Source: Antedon mediterranea (taxonomy: Eukaryota > Animalia > Echinodermata). From it: a DNA stretch of 64,000 nt. Each line of letters starts with the position of its first letter. Position 1 is the stretch's first letter. This document shows positions 1 to 12,656 of this stretch, one piece after another. The translations under genes and the position numbers were made by a program. The DNA lies in contig NC_092673.1 of assembly GCF_964355755.1 (NCBI RefSeq), forward strand, positions 6,324,001-6,388,000. The letters are read 5' to 3'. Under the pieces are notes generated by a model. It searched no databases and was not told the origin of the DNA. It was given only the letters and a program-made list of their open reading frames with translations.

Positions 1-803
1 GTATGGTACAGTATTACTTATTTACAGGGCATTCTGGTCTACAGTAATTAATCTGTGAATGTACAGTACCTGTTGCATAGCTTATATTTCTTTGTATGCT
101 TCTGGGACGCTTATGGTTGTATAGATATTTTTATTTCCAAATTGAACTTTTTGTACTTAAATTAAACAATGCTAGATACTGTAAACGGACATTAATAGAT
201 TTCTAAAATTGATAGAAAATACTGTAGATTTGAAATACTGTAAACTAAAGTACAATACATCCTGATGTGCTCAATATGAATCATAAAATACACACTATTA
301 AGTATCATTTCAGATGAGATACTTAGTAGAGTATAATACTCTCTGTAGTAATAATGTATGCTACAATAATTTTATCAATATTCTCCTAATAAACTCAAAA
401 GAATTAGGTAATTAAGCCTATAATTTAAACAGCAATCAAAACAATATTGACTCCAATTATCCTTACAACTGTCACTGAATATCCCAGACAGCAAACAGAT
501 CATTTCATTTAATATCATACTCTATAGAAATATTATAATAACCATTGTCAACCGTAAAATTACTGTACAGTGTATTAGACAATTGAAGCAATTTACGCAC
601 TAACAATGCTGTATCTCATGGACATAGCGATTCTTCATAGATTTTGTAAAATAGTATACAGTACTGTAGTATACAGAGGTATGGAATATGACCATAACAG
701 GTTTGTAGCTGAATGGGATGTGGGGGAAAATAAAACGCAGAATTCATGGCCGAGTAGAAAAAATTGTACATCACTCAAAATATCCTAACATTAGTTATAG
801 TAT

Positions 804-1097
804 CACACCACTAAACCATGAGTGGTGTTGGTACTGTACAGTACCAACACCACTAAACCATGAGTGGTGTTGGTACTGTACAGTACCAACACCACTCAGT
901 ACCAACACCACTCAGTACCAACACCACTAAACCATGAGTGGTGTTGGTACTGTACAGTACCAACACCACTAAACCATGAGTGGTGTTGGTACTGTACAGT
1001 ACCAACACCACTAAACCATGAGTGGTGTTGGTACTGTACAGTACCAACACCACTCAGTACCAACACCACTAAACCATGAGTGGTGTTGGTACTGTAC
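804..1097. repeat. 42-bp tandem repeat, each unit containing a perfect 34-bp palindrome
   Basis: Unit CTAAACCATGAGTGGTGTTGGTACTGTACAGTACCAACACCA, about 6 copies plus 16-bp partial units. AGTGGTGTTGGTACTGT|ACAGTACCAACACCACT is self-complementary with no spacer. The ORFs called here are repeat artefacts. Confidence 0.95.
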
Positions 1098-2104
1098 CAT
1101 AGTCTTCTATGCTTTTACCTGGATAAACCATAAATGCGTTTTGTCTTCCAAGGAGTACAAAAAAAGACATTGGTATCGTCCACAAGCTACTGTATGTCCT
1201 TGGGCAAACTTGCCTCTAGTCGGTTTGAGGTGACTCACTGTGGTACTGTAGCATTGTGAACAGAGACAAGAGAGCTTTGCTGAACATCTCACAAACAAAG
1301 TAAAATGTAACAAGTTGTACAGTAGTATCCCAACATACTGTATATTTTATCATTATTTTTTGTTCAAATCGAAGAAATATGCAATAGGTTCTGGTTGAGC
1401 ATAAAAACTTGATTTATTCATTCAGACGTTATCATATCACATTATCGGATACCTATAGGTGGGTGTTTTTTATTCAAGTTGTATTGCTCTTCTCCAAGAG
1501 AAATAGGCCAAATTTCGGTTTATCCAGGTAAGCTGGCACGAAATAATGTAGACTGACAATTCTTTCATAGTTTCCACAGGTTTCCACGCTACTGTACAAA
1601 AAATGCGCTTAGGGTAAAGTAGGCCAGAAAAATAGTGACGCATTAAGACTAAATGTTTGACTAAAACCGGTCACCTTGGTCTTAAATCATGAAGCTTTTT
1701 ACAATAATTCATTGTTGATCACATATTTTAACACTCAATAACCTAACAGCTGGTACATCATGACATACAGTGTACATATTACATTGGCTTCGAATAGCTT
1801 ACCGCGAAAGTGAAACATAATCTCTGTTTTTTTACAGCATTATTAAGAGTAGTTTGTAGAGAGTAACTGATTAAGGAAGCTAAGCATGTACTGTCAATGT
1901 ACATTTTTAAGATTTGTGTTTTTCATGCAAGTATCTGTAGAAGTTTGAGTTCATCTCTCTCCTCCGTTTAATGTTAACAGCTAGCTCATTACTAACTCAA
2001 ATTTTAAACAGTGCATAGACAATTGAGTTCAATTTCATGTTTTTTTTTCTTTATCTTCTTCAAACTGTACAGTGTGTATATTTTCACTACATTGTACAAT
2101 TAAT

Positions 2105-2455
2105 TGTTAACTTGTTGATTTGTAAATACACTTAAACTTTGTTGTTGAAGATACTGTTAAATATTAATTTAGTGGCGGGAACTTGTTTGTGTGTCTAGAT
2201 CAATTAATTTTTTTATACAGTCATAAATGATGCTTGCCTGGAGTATTTTTAGTGTGTAAATATTTTAACTACATGATTTGGTAACTTGTTGATTTGGTTT
2301 TTCATAGGTAAATATACTTGAACTTTGTTGTTGAACATACTGTTAAATATTACTTCAGTGTTGGGAATTTTTTTTGTGTCTAGATCAATTTATTTTTTTT
2401 ATACAGTTAGCCCTTTGGTCACAAATGATTCTTGCCTGGAGTACAGTATTTTTAT
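2105..2455. repeat. Local direct duplication of about 150-170 bp
   Basis: AACTTGTTGATTT...CTTTGTTGTTGAA...GTCTAGATCAATT...CTTGCCTGGAGTA occurs at ~2109-2250 and ~2283-2455. Confidence 0.85.
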
Positions 2456-4255
2456 CATAAATTTCACTATATAGTTAAATGTTACAATAACAAACTTTTT
2501 CACTTCCATCCATTAATTTTTTACAAATATTATTCATCTATGAAATTTATATGTAAATCAATCAAAATATTATTTTAATTGTTTGATTCTTATTGATGTT
2601 TGTAGATGACCCAGCACTGTAGTATGCTTTAAAAACAAAGATTCTATCATTGCAGTGAATCAGTCATTCCTATGTACAGTACCACAATGTTTATTGGCAA
2701 ATGCTCAATAATACTGTACAGTACATCCTAATTAAATTAAAGGTATAATCTGGAAACCCTCGGCGAGTGCAAAAAACAGTCTTTAGGTTCTTAGTATTCT
2801 GATTTGCATAAAGATAGTGATATAGATTGATATTATTAGATATACTGTATAGATGATACTGTACTACTAGGCTAGACATTAACACTTTTCTCAGTTTGTA
2901 GGCATTAAACAACTTATTGTATAGAAATATAAATGCAGGATTGAGATTAGCTGGAAATACTGCAAATAAAGTCTGTAGACTATAGTAAAAAATGCAACTT
3001 TCTTTTTAGCAATATTCTCTTAAAGAAAATAAATATGGATGGGACTTCCAAATAAAAATGTATCAAATTAAAGTACTAATTACTATACTGTACTAACTAA
3101 CTATACTACAACACCAACTATGTCGGTTCATCCAGGCACCGTAAGCTAGTCACGTAATAGACTAAGTGGTGGTTGGGGGGAGGGGGTTTATATCAGATTA
3201 CATTTAAAATGGAATTTACTAAACAGTAAACTCCTGTATTCCAACTTAGCCTAAATTATACTAGAGTGGGATTATATTCCAGGGTTGGATTACCTGTATA
3301 TTTTAAGCATGGATTATATTTGGTCCTGTCACAGTATTTTTTACTTGTGTCTTCTACAATTAATTATGTGCCTTAGGAGACTTTTCAGTAATATACTGTA
3401 TTTATTAGTTTCTGTCTAATGAATTACATTTTTTTAATGCAATTCAAACACCAATCATCTGGTTTTATGGGTTTAATGCACTGTCAAATGAATAATTAAT
3501 TATCATAAATCCTCAAGTACATGAATATCTAATTTAGCTCCGGAAATATTGAATTCACAAACTGATCATGATATTGATATAGTACAAGTTTAAAGTACTA
3601 CTTTAAGTCCACTTGACATGTGATAATTTAATGTATGGTCCAAAGACCGATAACAAAAAAAAGTAACCATAAAGTCAAGTTGGATAGTAAGTATAATTAA
3701 TTACAGTACCAATCTGCGCTACAGTAGCTTGGTGGACACATACAGTAGTAGTGCTGACGGTTCAGACAGCATGTTACAGATACTAAATTCACCAAGTGGG
3801 AGAGGCTGTAGTCCAGCAGCCAAATGCCTATTTTTTCCATAACCTTGCAATGTTTTCTATAGTTTTTTTTAATGGATTTTGAATCTCGATACCATTATTA
3901 ACTGTTAACACATCAACTTGTGCTGCTCCACTGTACAATTAAAATCTTTACACTGTACTGTACTGTATGTTTGATTCAGTAAAAGTAATAGAACATTTTT
4001 ATCACCAAAATATAGTTATACTGTAGTTATTGACCTTTTTGATGAAAATGTTTCAGGTACAGTATCTTTGCTGAATGGCACTTCCAAATAAAACGTTATT
4101 TATGGACTTCGTCGAGTGAAGACGTGTTTTATCTTAGCTCCGCTACCTAACAAATTGTTCCCAAACCAGAGTCAGTAAACGGCTAACCCTGTAAGTAAAC
4201 GATTCCATATTAAACTTGTAGCTAGATATTGTCAAGTTTGACTGGTATTTTGACT

Positions 4256-5056
4256 ATGAATACAAGAAAAACAGAGAGAATAAATAGTGATGCCGGTAAA
4301 GCAGAGCCCCGCGAGCGTAGCAAGCATATAGAAACTCCCGGTAAAGAAACAGCTGTTGATAAGTCACTAAATGCCTTACGTGCTGAGTTACGTTGTTTCG
4401 CATCGGACATAAACAACAAAATCGACGATGGTATAGACTCGCTTAAACAAGGCCAACATGCTCTATTAAATCGAATGGATAACTTGGAAAAAAAGCAAGT
4501 AATCATCGAAGAATCTTTGGAATTTTACAGCAAATCCAATGATGAAATGAAAGCTGAAACAAGTAAACTAGCTACGTATGTTGAACAGATTAAAACGGAC
4601 CTCAAATCCAAGGAGGAAAAGTTAGTTAACATGGAACCTGAATTACTGCGAATAGAACGACATTCCAGAAGCTACAATCTCAGATTCGGTGGTATTGATG
4701 AAAAAACAGGAGAGGACCCACTTCGGCTTGTGCAAGGACTATTAGAAGATAAACTTAAACTAAACAACATATCAATTGAAAATGCTCACAGAACAGGCAG
4801 AATAAGAAACGAAGGCCGTGATACTAAACCGAGACATATCATTGTTAAGTTTATTTATAGGCCGCAGAGATCTGCTGTACTTCGTATGGCTAGAAAAAAT
4901 AAGGTAGATACTTTTTACGTTATGGAAGATCTGCCGGCAGTGGATGTTCGAAAGAAATATGAACTGAAAGACATTATGGCTAAAGCGTTCAGTGAGGGTA
5001 AACGCCCATCATTTAAAAATGGTAAACTTTTCATAAATGGGAAACCATACAAGTGA
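4256..5056 (+). CDS. LINE ORF1 protein (coiled coil, L1-type RRM and CTD)
   Basis: Heptad-rich N-half, then RSYNLRFGGIDE, IENAHRTG, PRHIIVKF, VMEDLP and GKLFING, motifs typical of L1-like ORF1p. First ATG is at ~4256; the ORF track starts at a TTG at 4229. Confidence 0.88.
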   Translation: MNTRKTERINSDAGKAEPRERSKHIETPGKETAVDKSLNALRAELRCFASDINNKIDDGIDSLKQGQHALLNRMDNLEKKQVIIEESLEFYSKSNDEMKAETSKLATYVEQIKTDLKSKEEKLVNMEPELLRIERHSRSYNLRFGGIDEKTGEDPLRLVQGLLEDKLKLNNISIENAHRTGRIRNEGRDTKPRHIIVKFIYRPQRSAVLRMARKNKVDTFYVMEDLPAVDVRKKYELKDIMAKAFSEGKRPSFKNGKLFINGKPYK

Positions 5057-5428
5057 TTAAACAATAACAACAAAAGAAACATTAAAAGGTGATATTGATT
5101 CAATTGATGCTTATTCTTTAATTTTAAATTAATATTAATATTATTATATCACAAGAAAATTAAGAGCTAGTATTAAGAAAGATGAAAATTTGTGTTATAA
5201 ATCTACTAAGGAGCTAGGTAGATAGAAATGTATAAGAATTATGCAAGATTATATTGTCAAATTGTTATTAATAATATATAATGTCATTATTATAATTATT
5301 ATATTTATTATTTTAATGTTAATATTACCTATTATTTTATTTTTCTCGACATGTCGGTTTTATAAAAGCGCAACTATAAATTTATATGCACGTCATTATA
5401 TTTATATTTATGATACTGTACAATTAAT

Positions 5429-8400
5429 ATGATGTATACAACTTTTTCTCAACTTCCATTCCACGATATAGGTTATTCTGATGAATTACATGCATCACAT
5501 ATACCTCCAGAAATAAATAATGCTGATTTTAATCCTCTGATAGATAACGACCTAAAATTCGACCAACAATCCAACATGTTAATAGATCATCTTAATTTAA
5601 GGTCATCCACGCTTGATAATTGCAAATATCATGATATCAATATATTTAATAATTTTACTGGAAAATTACCAGATAGTAATCACCTATCTCTATTACATCT
5701 TAACATCAGAAGTGTATCTAATAAATTTGATAAACTTAACGAACTCGTACATTCTATTAACTTAAAATTCAGCATAATTGGCCTTTCTGAAACCTGGTTG
5801 AATGAAAGCAAAATGCATCCATTTCTTCATAATTATACTTTTTTATCTAGTGATCGCATTGGCAATAAAACAGGAGGTGGTGTTGGCTTGTTTGTTAAAA
5901 ACCATATTAATTATAATATCAGAAATGACTTAATATTGCCAAAAGAAATATGTGACTCACTATTTATAGAAATCATTCATAAAAATAAGAAAAATTCTAT
6001 TATTGGCATTATCTATAGACCACCGGATTCCAATATTGATACCTTCTCTACAATAATAAATGACCTACTAACTAAAATAAATTCTGAAAATAAATATTGT
6101 AATATAATGGGAGATTTTAATATTGACCTTATTAAATTTCATAACCATAATCATATAAATAATTATCTAAATACTATTTTATTAAATTCTTTTTTTCCTA
6201 CTATTTCGAAACCAACCAGAATTACAAAAAATACTGCGACTCTTATTGATCATTTTTATACAAATCACATAAATCTTGAAATAACATCCGGAATAATAAT
6301 ATCAGATATCTCTGACCATCTACCTATATTCCAAATAATTGACTATGATTTATGTTTTAAAAACACCTCAATTGATTACTCACATTATGTTGCAGACATA
6401 AATTCACTAAGGCCCTGTTTCTGCTGCCAACTAAATACCGTATATTATACGGTATTTTTTGAATACCGTATATATACGGTATATTTTTGGCAGCAGAAAC
6501 TGCGCTCATAAAAAATATACTGTATTTTGTATACCGTATTTTCCCCACAAAATTTGTGGATAAAATACGGTATTTACAAATTTATACCGTATTTTTTGTA
6601 CCCGTTTCTGCTGCCAATAAAAAATACCGTATTTTTTTTTTAAATGACAAAAGGTCACCATTCGTGTTTTTATTTTCTGTCGCTGTTAGCTGCTTTACAC
6701 ACATGTATAGATATATTCGGCGAAAATGCGGAGCGAATACGTCACAGTTTTACTAAATAAATGTGTGTGGGGAAGCTAAAATGTCTGACCAACTAAAAGG
6801 TAATAAAAGGGACAACCACATTTATAAAGACATTTCTAAAAAAATAAAGCAGGAGTATGGAATAAACTTGTCTCCAAAGCAAGTAAACTCAAAGCTGAAG
6901 AGCCTGCAAAAGCAGTAGGCCTACAACATTGCAAAATACAATAACTGTCCCCATTACGATGTTTTCTGTGCTCTCACAACATCTCTATCACTAGGGCTAG
7001 GCTGTTGAAAGTGAGACGTAAAACTTCCTTTATTGCGACTTTTAATTATCGATCAAATAAATGAATGGCAATTTGGGTAAAAAAGATGAAATTTAACACG
7101 ACCACCCAAGAAGTATTGTTAGCAGAAACGGGGTACTAAAAAAATACGGTATAAAAATACCGTATTTTATACCGTATTTTTATACCGTATTTTGAGCAGT
7201 TGCAGCAGAAACAGGCCCTAAATTTTGATCTATCGCAGGCTGATTGGTCAAGTGTTTATAATGCTGATTATAAATCTGCTATTGATACATTTAATAATAT
7301 ATTTTTTAGTATTTATCAACGACACTTGGTCACTAAAGAAATTAAAATAAATAAATATAAAAAATGCAAACAGCCTTGGCTGACCCCTACTCTTCTTAAA
7401 AGCAGTCAACGAAAACACTACCTTTATAAAAAATATATTAAATCTCAGAGCCCAAATGACAAAACAACATACACAAGTTATAATAATTTGTTTATTGCTC
7501 TTTGTCGTACTGCTAAAAAACAATATTATGAAAGAAAATTCAATCAAGTCAAAACAAATATTAAGAAAGTTTGGGGTGTGATCAATTCTGTTTTAAATCC
7601 AGCTAGAAAAAATAATAAAAATCCCTCAGTCTTGAAAATTGGGGATGAATTTATTTATGATACTAACTCTATATGTGATCACTTTAACAAATATTTTTCA
7701 GAAATCGGTTTAAAAACGCTCAACTCCATCCCAGATAATAATATTGATCCAATGTCAAATTTACCACCCCCACCCATTAATTCATTTTTTATTAACCCAG
7801 TCACTGAAAATGAAGTGTTGAACATGATCAACAGTCTAGACTCTAATAAAGGATCAGGACACGACTCCCTTACACCTTCTGTTCTTAAAAAAGTTACTCC
7901 TTTTATTTTAATTCCTCTTACTTATGTTATCAATTTATCTTTTACTACAGGAATCGTACCTGATCATATAAAATTAGCTAAAGTGGTCCCAGTTTTTAAA
8001 AAGGGAAATGCAAACTTACTTAACAATTATAGACCGATTTCCGTTCTCCCCATTCTCTCAAAAATAATAGAAAAATTAATGCATACTCGTCTTTATACAT
8101 ATTTAACTAAACATAACATCCTAAATAATCATCAATATGGTTTTCGTAAAAAACACTCTACCTGTCACGCTATGCTTGAACTTATACATTCAATTAATAA
8201 TGCATTTGAAAATAAAGGATTTTTGTTAAGCACTTTTCTTGATCTATCCAAAGCTTTTGATGTTGTTAATCATGATATTTTACTTTCAAAACTGTTACGT
8301 TATGGCATTAGAGGTGTTTCGTTAAAATGGTTTATTAGTTATCTTAGTAATCGTAAACAATATGTACAGATTGGTAACTGTAAATCATCGGCAAAGAACG

Positions 8401-9350
8401 TTCCATGTGGTGTACCACAGGGGTCGGTCCTTGGACCCTTATTATTTCTTATTTACGTAAATGACATAACCTTTGTTAGTGATACACTGAATATTGTTTC
8501 CTTTGCCGATGATACAACTTTATTTTATTCAAACAAAAATATTGATTTATTAGTAAATACCTTTAATTTAGAATTAAATAAGATTGAAAATTGGTTCTCT
8601 TCTAATAAATTATTGATTAATACTTCAAAAACAAATTTCATTATATTTCACTCCCATCGAAACAGGCATAAATTAAGTAACAAAAACATTCAGGTTGTTC
8701 TAAATGGTAAAAATCTGGACCGAAAAAGCGAAACTTTATTTCTTGGAATTTTAATTAATGAAAACTTAAATTGGACCGGTCATCAGAAAAATATTTCAAT
8801 CAAAATGTCTAAATGCATTGGTGTTATAAACCAGATAAAATATTTTTTTCCTCAACACATTTTACTTTCTTTGTATAATTCGCTTATATTACCACATTTA
8901 CTTTATTGCAATATTATATGGGCAGCTGATTATCCATCAAATTTACATAGAATTTTCATTTTACAAAAACGTGTTGTTCGATTATTAAACTTTGAACAAT
9001 CTACATCTGCATCAGAACCTTTGTTTAAAAAACTTAAAATTTTAAAAATATATGACCTTCATAAACTTCAAGTTACTTCTTTTATGTTTGAATATGTTAC
9101 TGGTTTACTACCAAAGTCTGTTTCAATGTTATTTTCAAATCGTTTATTAGATCATACCTATAACATAAGAAATCCACATAAATTGTATGTTCCATTTGTT
9201 AAACTTAGAAAAAGCCAGTTTTTTATTACTTATTTAGGACCAACGTATTGGAATAATCTAGATTCAACTGCCATCAATCATTTATATACTGTAAATTCAT
9301 TTAGAAAGCATATAAAAATCCTTTATTTATCTTGTTACCAAACCTACTAA
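5429..9350 (+). pseudogene. LINE ORF2 (AP endonuclease + reverse transcriptase) interrupted by a MITE
   Basis: APE motifs: LHLNIRS, GLSETW, GGGVG, IYRPP, GDFNID, IDHFY, SDHLP. RT motifs: YRPISVL, QYGFR, DLSKAFD, GVPQGSVLGP, FADD. Joining 5429-6410 to 7222-9350 gives 3111 nt, one open 1036-aa frame (...INSL|NFDLSQADW). Confidence 0.93.
6411..7218. mobile_element. PIF/Harbinger non-autonomous element (808 bp) with a Myb/SANT-like remnant
   Basis: TIRs GGCCCTGTTTCTGCTGC and GCAGCAGAAACAGGCCC. TAA TSD at 6408-6410 and 7219-7221. Subterminal ATACCGTAT/ATACGGTAT repeats. Internal 6781-6918 reads MSDQLKGNKRDNHIYKDISKKIKQEYGINLSPKQVNSKLKSLQKQ, resembling a Myb/SANT-like domain. Confidence 0.92.
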
Positions 9351-9827
9351 ATATGTTGCGCACTGTATAATTTATTTAAATTGTATGCGTTGTATTTGTA
9401 TATTTATACGGTACCGTTCTTATTTTTGTTTGAATTATTATTATTTTAGGGGTCAATGTGAGACAAGTTCTACTTCTAATTTTGATCCCTAAGATGGTCT
9501 AATATTAATTGTTTATGATTGTTTATTGTAATATTGTTTGTTATATATTGTGACCATCTTAAATAAATGTATTATTGAATATTGAAAAAAGCATAAGGGA
9601 TTATCTGGAGACTTAGATAAAATAATCTCAGCTTTGCATTGGAAATATAGAAGTACAATAAACCACCTTTCAGACTGTCTACAGCACTGTACTGTATAGT
9701 AGTGCATCTCTTAAAATTAATACAGTACCATCTGTTTGTTAGGCCATTCACAAAACTACTGTACATTACAGTATTTGGTGTGATTTTCAAAAAACACTGA
9801 TTGAAAAAAACAAGGCCAACAGTCATT

Positions 9828-10563
9828 AAGTCGCGTGCTACAATGCATAATGATACCGGACCGACAGACAGACCGACCGACAGACAGACCGAACGACATA
9901 GTGAACTATAGTCGCATCCACGCGACTAAAAAGGCATAATTTTGACGAATTGTTTAACTTTTTCATCAAAAACGTGCGCAAATTATCCAATTCGACGTGC
10001 TCGTATGACATAATTTTAAGTCGAAATTGTTTAAAAGTTGGTAAAATTATTAGAAAAGGCTGCAAAAACATAAATCACGCGGAAAAAAATATGTATTTAA
10101 CGCTACGTGCGCACCACGCGCGTAAAAATTTGCGCGAGTATGGGAATTTTTGACATGCTCAAAATGACAAGAAACGCGTAGAAAGTTGATTAAAAATTAA
10201 TTTTGCGCATTTTATAATTTTAAATGCGCGTGCGCGTGTAAACTTTGTGTAAAACACCTTTTTTTTTCCAACAGAAAGTTAGCGCCTGATATAAATTAAA
10301 CTTTTGCAAAGTTTCAATTTAAAATGTTATTTGGTTTTTGACCTATGTTAAATACGAGAAAATCGTTAAATCGCGTGTAAATCAAGTTGCGCAACTCTAA
10401 CGTCATTCACAATAGGAGGTGCACAATTTTACGTAAATGCCCACATGTTGACACCAAAACAGCTCAAAAAGTACAGAAAAGCGATAAAACGCATAGTGAT
10501 ACCGGACCGACAGACAGACCGACCGACAGACATAGTGAACTATAGAGTCCACGCGACTAAAAA
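9828..10563 (-). mobile_element. Helentron-associated (HINE/DINE-1-like) element(s)
   Basis: Subterminal inverted motif AGTCGCGTG/CACGCGACT next to an A/T run, and a (GACA/GACC)n microsatellite. The terminal block GATACCGGACCGACAGACAG...ACGCGACTAAAAA is present twice (~9852-9932 and ~10498-10563). Confidence 0.6.
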
Positions 10564-12084
10564 TGGAAATGTATGACTATTGATCAGCCTTATTCTATCA
10601 AGGTTGTCTATACAACTGTTATGTTACAGTATTACAGTATCTAGAAAATATAATAATTGCAAAAATCTATAATAAATAAAAACATACATAACACTGCAGG
10701 AAGCATTCATTTTATTGTTGAATATGAAATTATAAAACAACAGAATATGCAGTCAGACTTTATTAATATCCAAAGTCTGTCTTTGTGGGATTGTGGTTAA
10801 ACTAATAATTGGTAATAACAAAAAGCGAGGCAGTGAGGCTGTGAGGCTAGCCTAAAATTTACATGTGAGGCATCATTTTTTAAGTTATATTATTATACTG
10901 TATATTTATTTCAGGCCTTGTCTTTTGAAAATTATTGGTGTGGTAAAAATTGCACTTCCTCAATACATTCAGGGATGCATAGGTGTGCTGTTTGTATTTA
11001 AGCGTGTTGTACTGTAAATCGCAATCTTCAAGGGCGGTTTAGGAGTGTGTTACTATTAGGTGAGTGATCACACTCGCTCGCCTTAAAAGACAAGGCCTTC
11101 TATTTATTAATCCTCACATTAATTTTCGCCGTGCTTCACACTTTGGCAACACTCATTAAGTATCAATTTGCATGAAGAAATTGACAGGTTTAGAACCACA
11201 GTACCTGTTTTATGCGAAATATGAATTGAAATCTAATACTGTAATACCCGTATGATTACAGTACATACAGTAGTAATGCAGAAATAATGTAAACACTGCA
11301 GCACTGGCAACACCAACCAACCAATACTGTAATAAATTTCCCGTGCTGTTCAGTTATAATACAGACAGTAGTACTGTATCAATAAAATACATGTATTGAC
11401 AACTGGGTTGTGTATTCTTGATCACCAAGTCTAGTATCAGACACAGATTTAATAGAACAAATCTCAACCAAGAATAAAATGCTAATCATTTGTGGCGAGA
11501 ACTATTAAACCTATACAAATCAAATAAAAAATACAGTTATACACAAAACCAAGAATGAATGTGAATTGAATTATAGCAAGACCACAAAATATACTGCAGA
11601 CAGCCACAGATTATCCTTGTCTAGCTCATCACAGTTTTTTCCATATCAGTTCTTAACATTCACACAGTACAGTAAAGTTTAGTTTGATAGCTTTTCAAGT
11701 AAAAATTTAAAAATAATACAGTAGTACCCTATACAGTTAAGGTTACTGTTTAAATGGTCTTGTACAAAACCTAGTAGGCCTACTGTAAATACACAGTATA
11801 CTGTACTTTATTTGTTGATGTATTTTGTTTGTAAGCCTTACAACAATATAGTACTGATAACTAAAAAAGAGCACATTTTTAGAATTTTGATTACAGTATA
11901 AATCCCCAAAGTTACTATTAACTGTACACATGATGAACTTTCTATGAACTACAGGTACTAGTGTTAATGATTAATAGACTTACCGTAGTATTCTTTTTTT
12001 GTGTGTGGTTTGTTTGTATTCTAGACTGTACACTCAAAGGATGGATAAACTATAATTTACTGTGCTAATATTAATAATAAACTA

Positions 12085-12212
12085 AGTCTCATTTGAGGCT
12101 TAGGAGGTGGAGTGGAGAAAGAGACCTTGGCACTTGGTCAGGAATACAGTAAACCCTGCTGGAGCTTGGGATTGGAAGGCAAGCACGTTAACCACCAAGC
12201 TACAGCTCCACT
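12085..12212 (-). mobile_element. Degenerate tRNA-derived SINE-like fragment
   Basis: Reverse complement begins GGAGCTGTAGCTTGGTGGTTAACGTGCTTGCC, an A-box-like tRNA head. No intact B box. Confidence 0.35.
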
Positions 12213-12656
12213 TTGGTAACTCCTTCATTTTCATTTTTAAATAGGCCTACAGCTATAACACTACAGGGTTGTGCGGGCAAAATGACGGTACCAGCCAGAT
12301 CACCTGGTGACGTAGTAATAATATTACAAGGAATATTCGCCGCAACACAATACCGGCATTCTGTATGAAATACTCAGACTCAAGTGTAATTGTACAGGAT
12401 TTTCTCAATTGTTTGACACCTTCATGGACTGTAGTGTAAAAAAGGTTTTAAAGTCGTTGCGTCTATGCGGCAATTGATTTTTTATATCATAAAACCCTAC
12501 CAGGCAATACCAGGCTCCTACCTGGTGATACCAGGACCTAGGCCTATTGTATAATTAATTGGGTGTAGGTTAGTATGACAGGGCTTAACACTAAAAAACA
12601 GAAACGGAGTGATTATATTAATTATTATTAATATATTCAAGCAAGGTAGGTAAGGT

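Larger units (their letters stand above)
4104..9590 (+). mobile_element. Near full-length non-LTR retrotransposon (CR1/L2 group, Crack/Daphne-like, with L1-type ORF1)
   Basis: Probable 5' start GGACTTCGTCGAGTGAAGACGTG. Contains ORF1 and an APE-RT ORF2. 3' end has AATAAA followed by an ATTGAATATTGAAAAAA tail at ~9562-9590. No clear TSD. Clade inferred from ORF architecture. Confidence 0.88.

Noticed and set aside
718-1233. Cys/Trp-rich repeat proteins in the ORF track (also 28018-28552, 27298-27483 and 62891-63076)
   Set aside because: These are translations of tandem repeats, open in several frames and on both strands.
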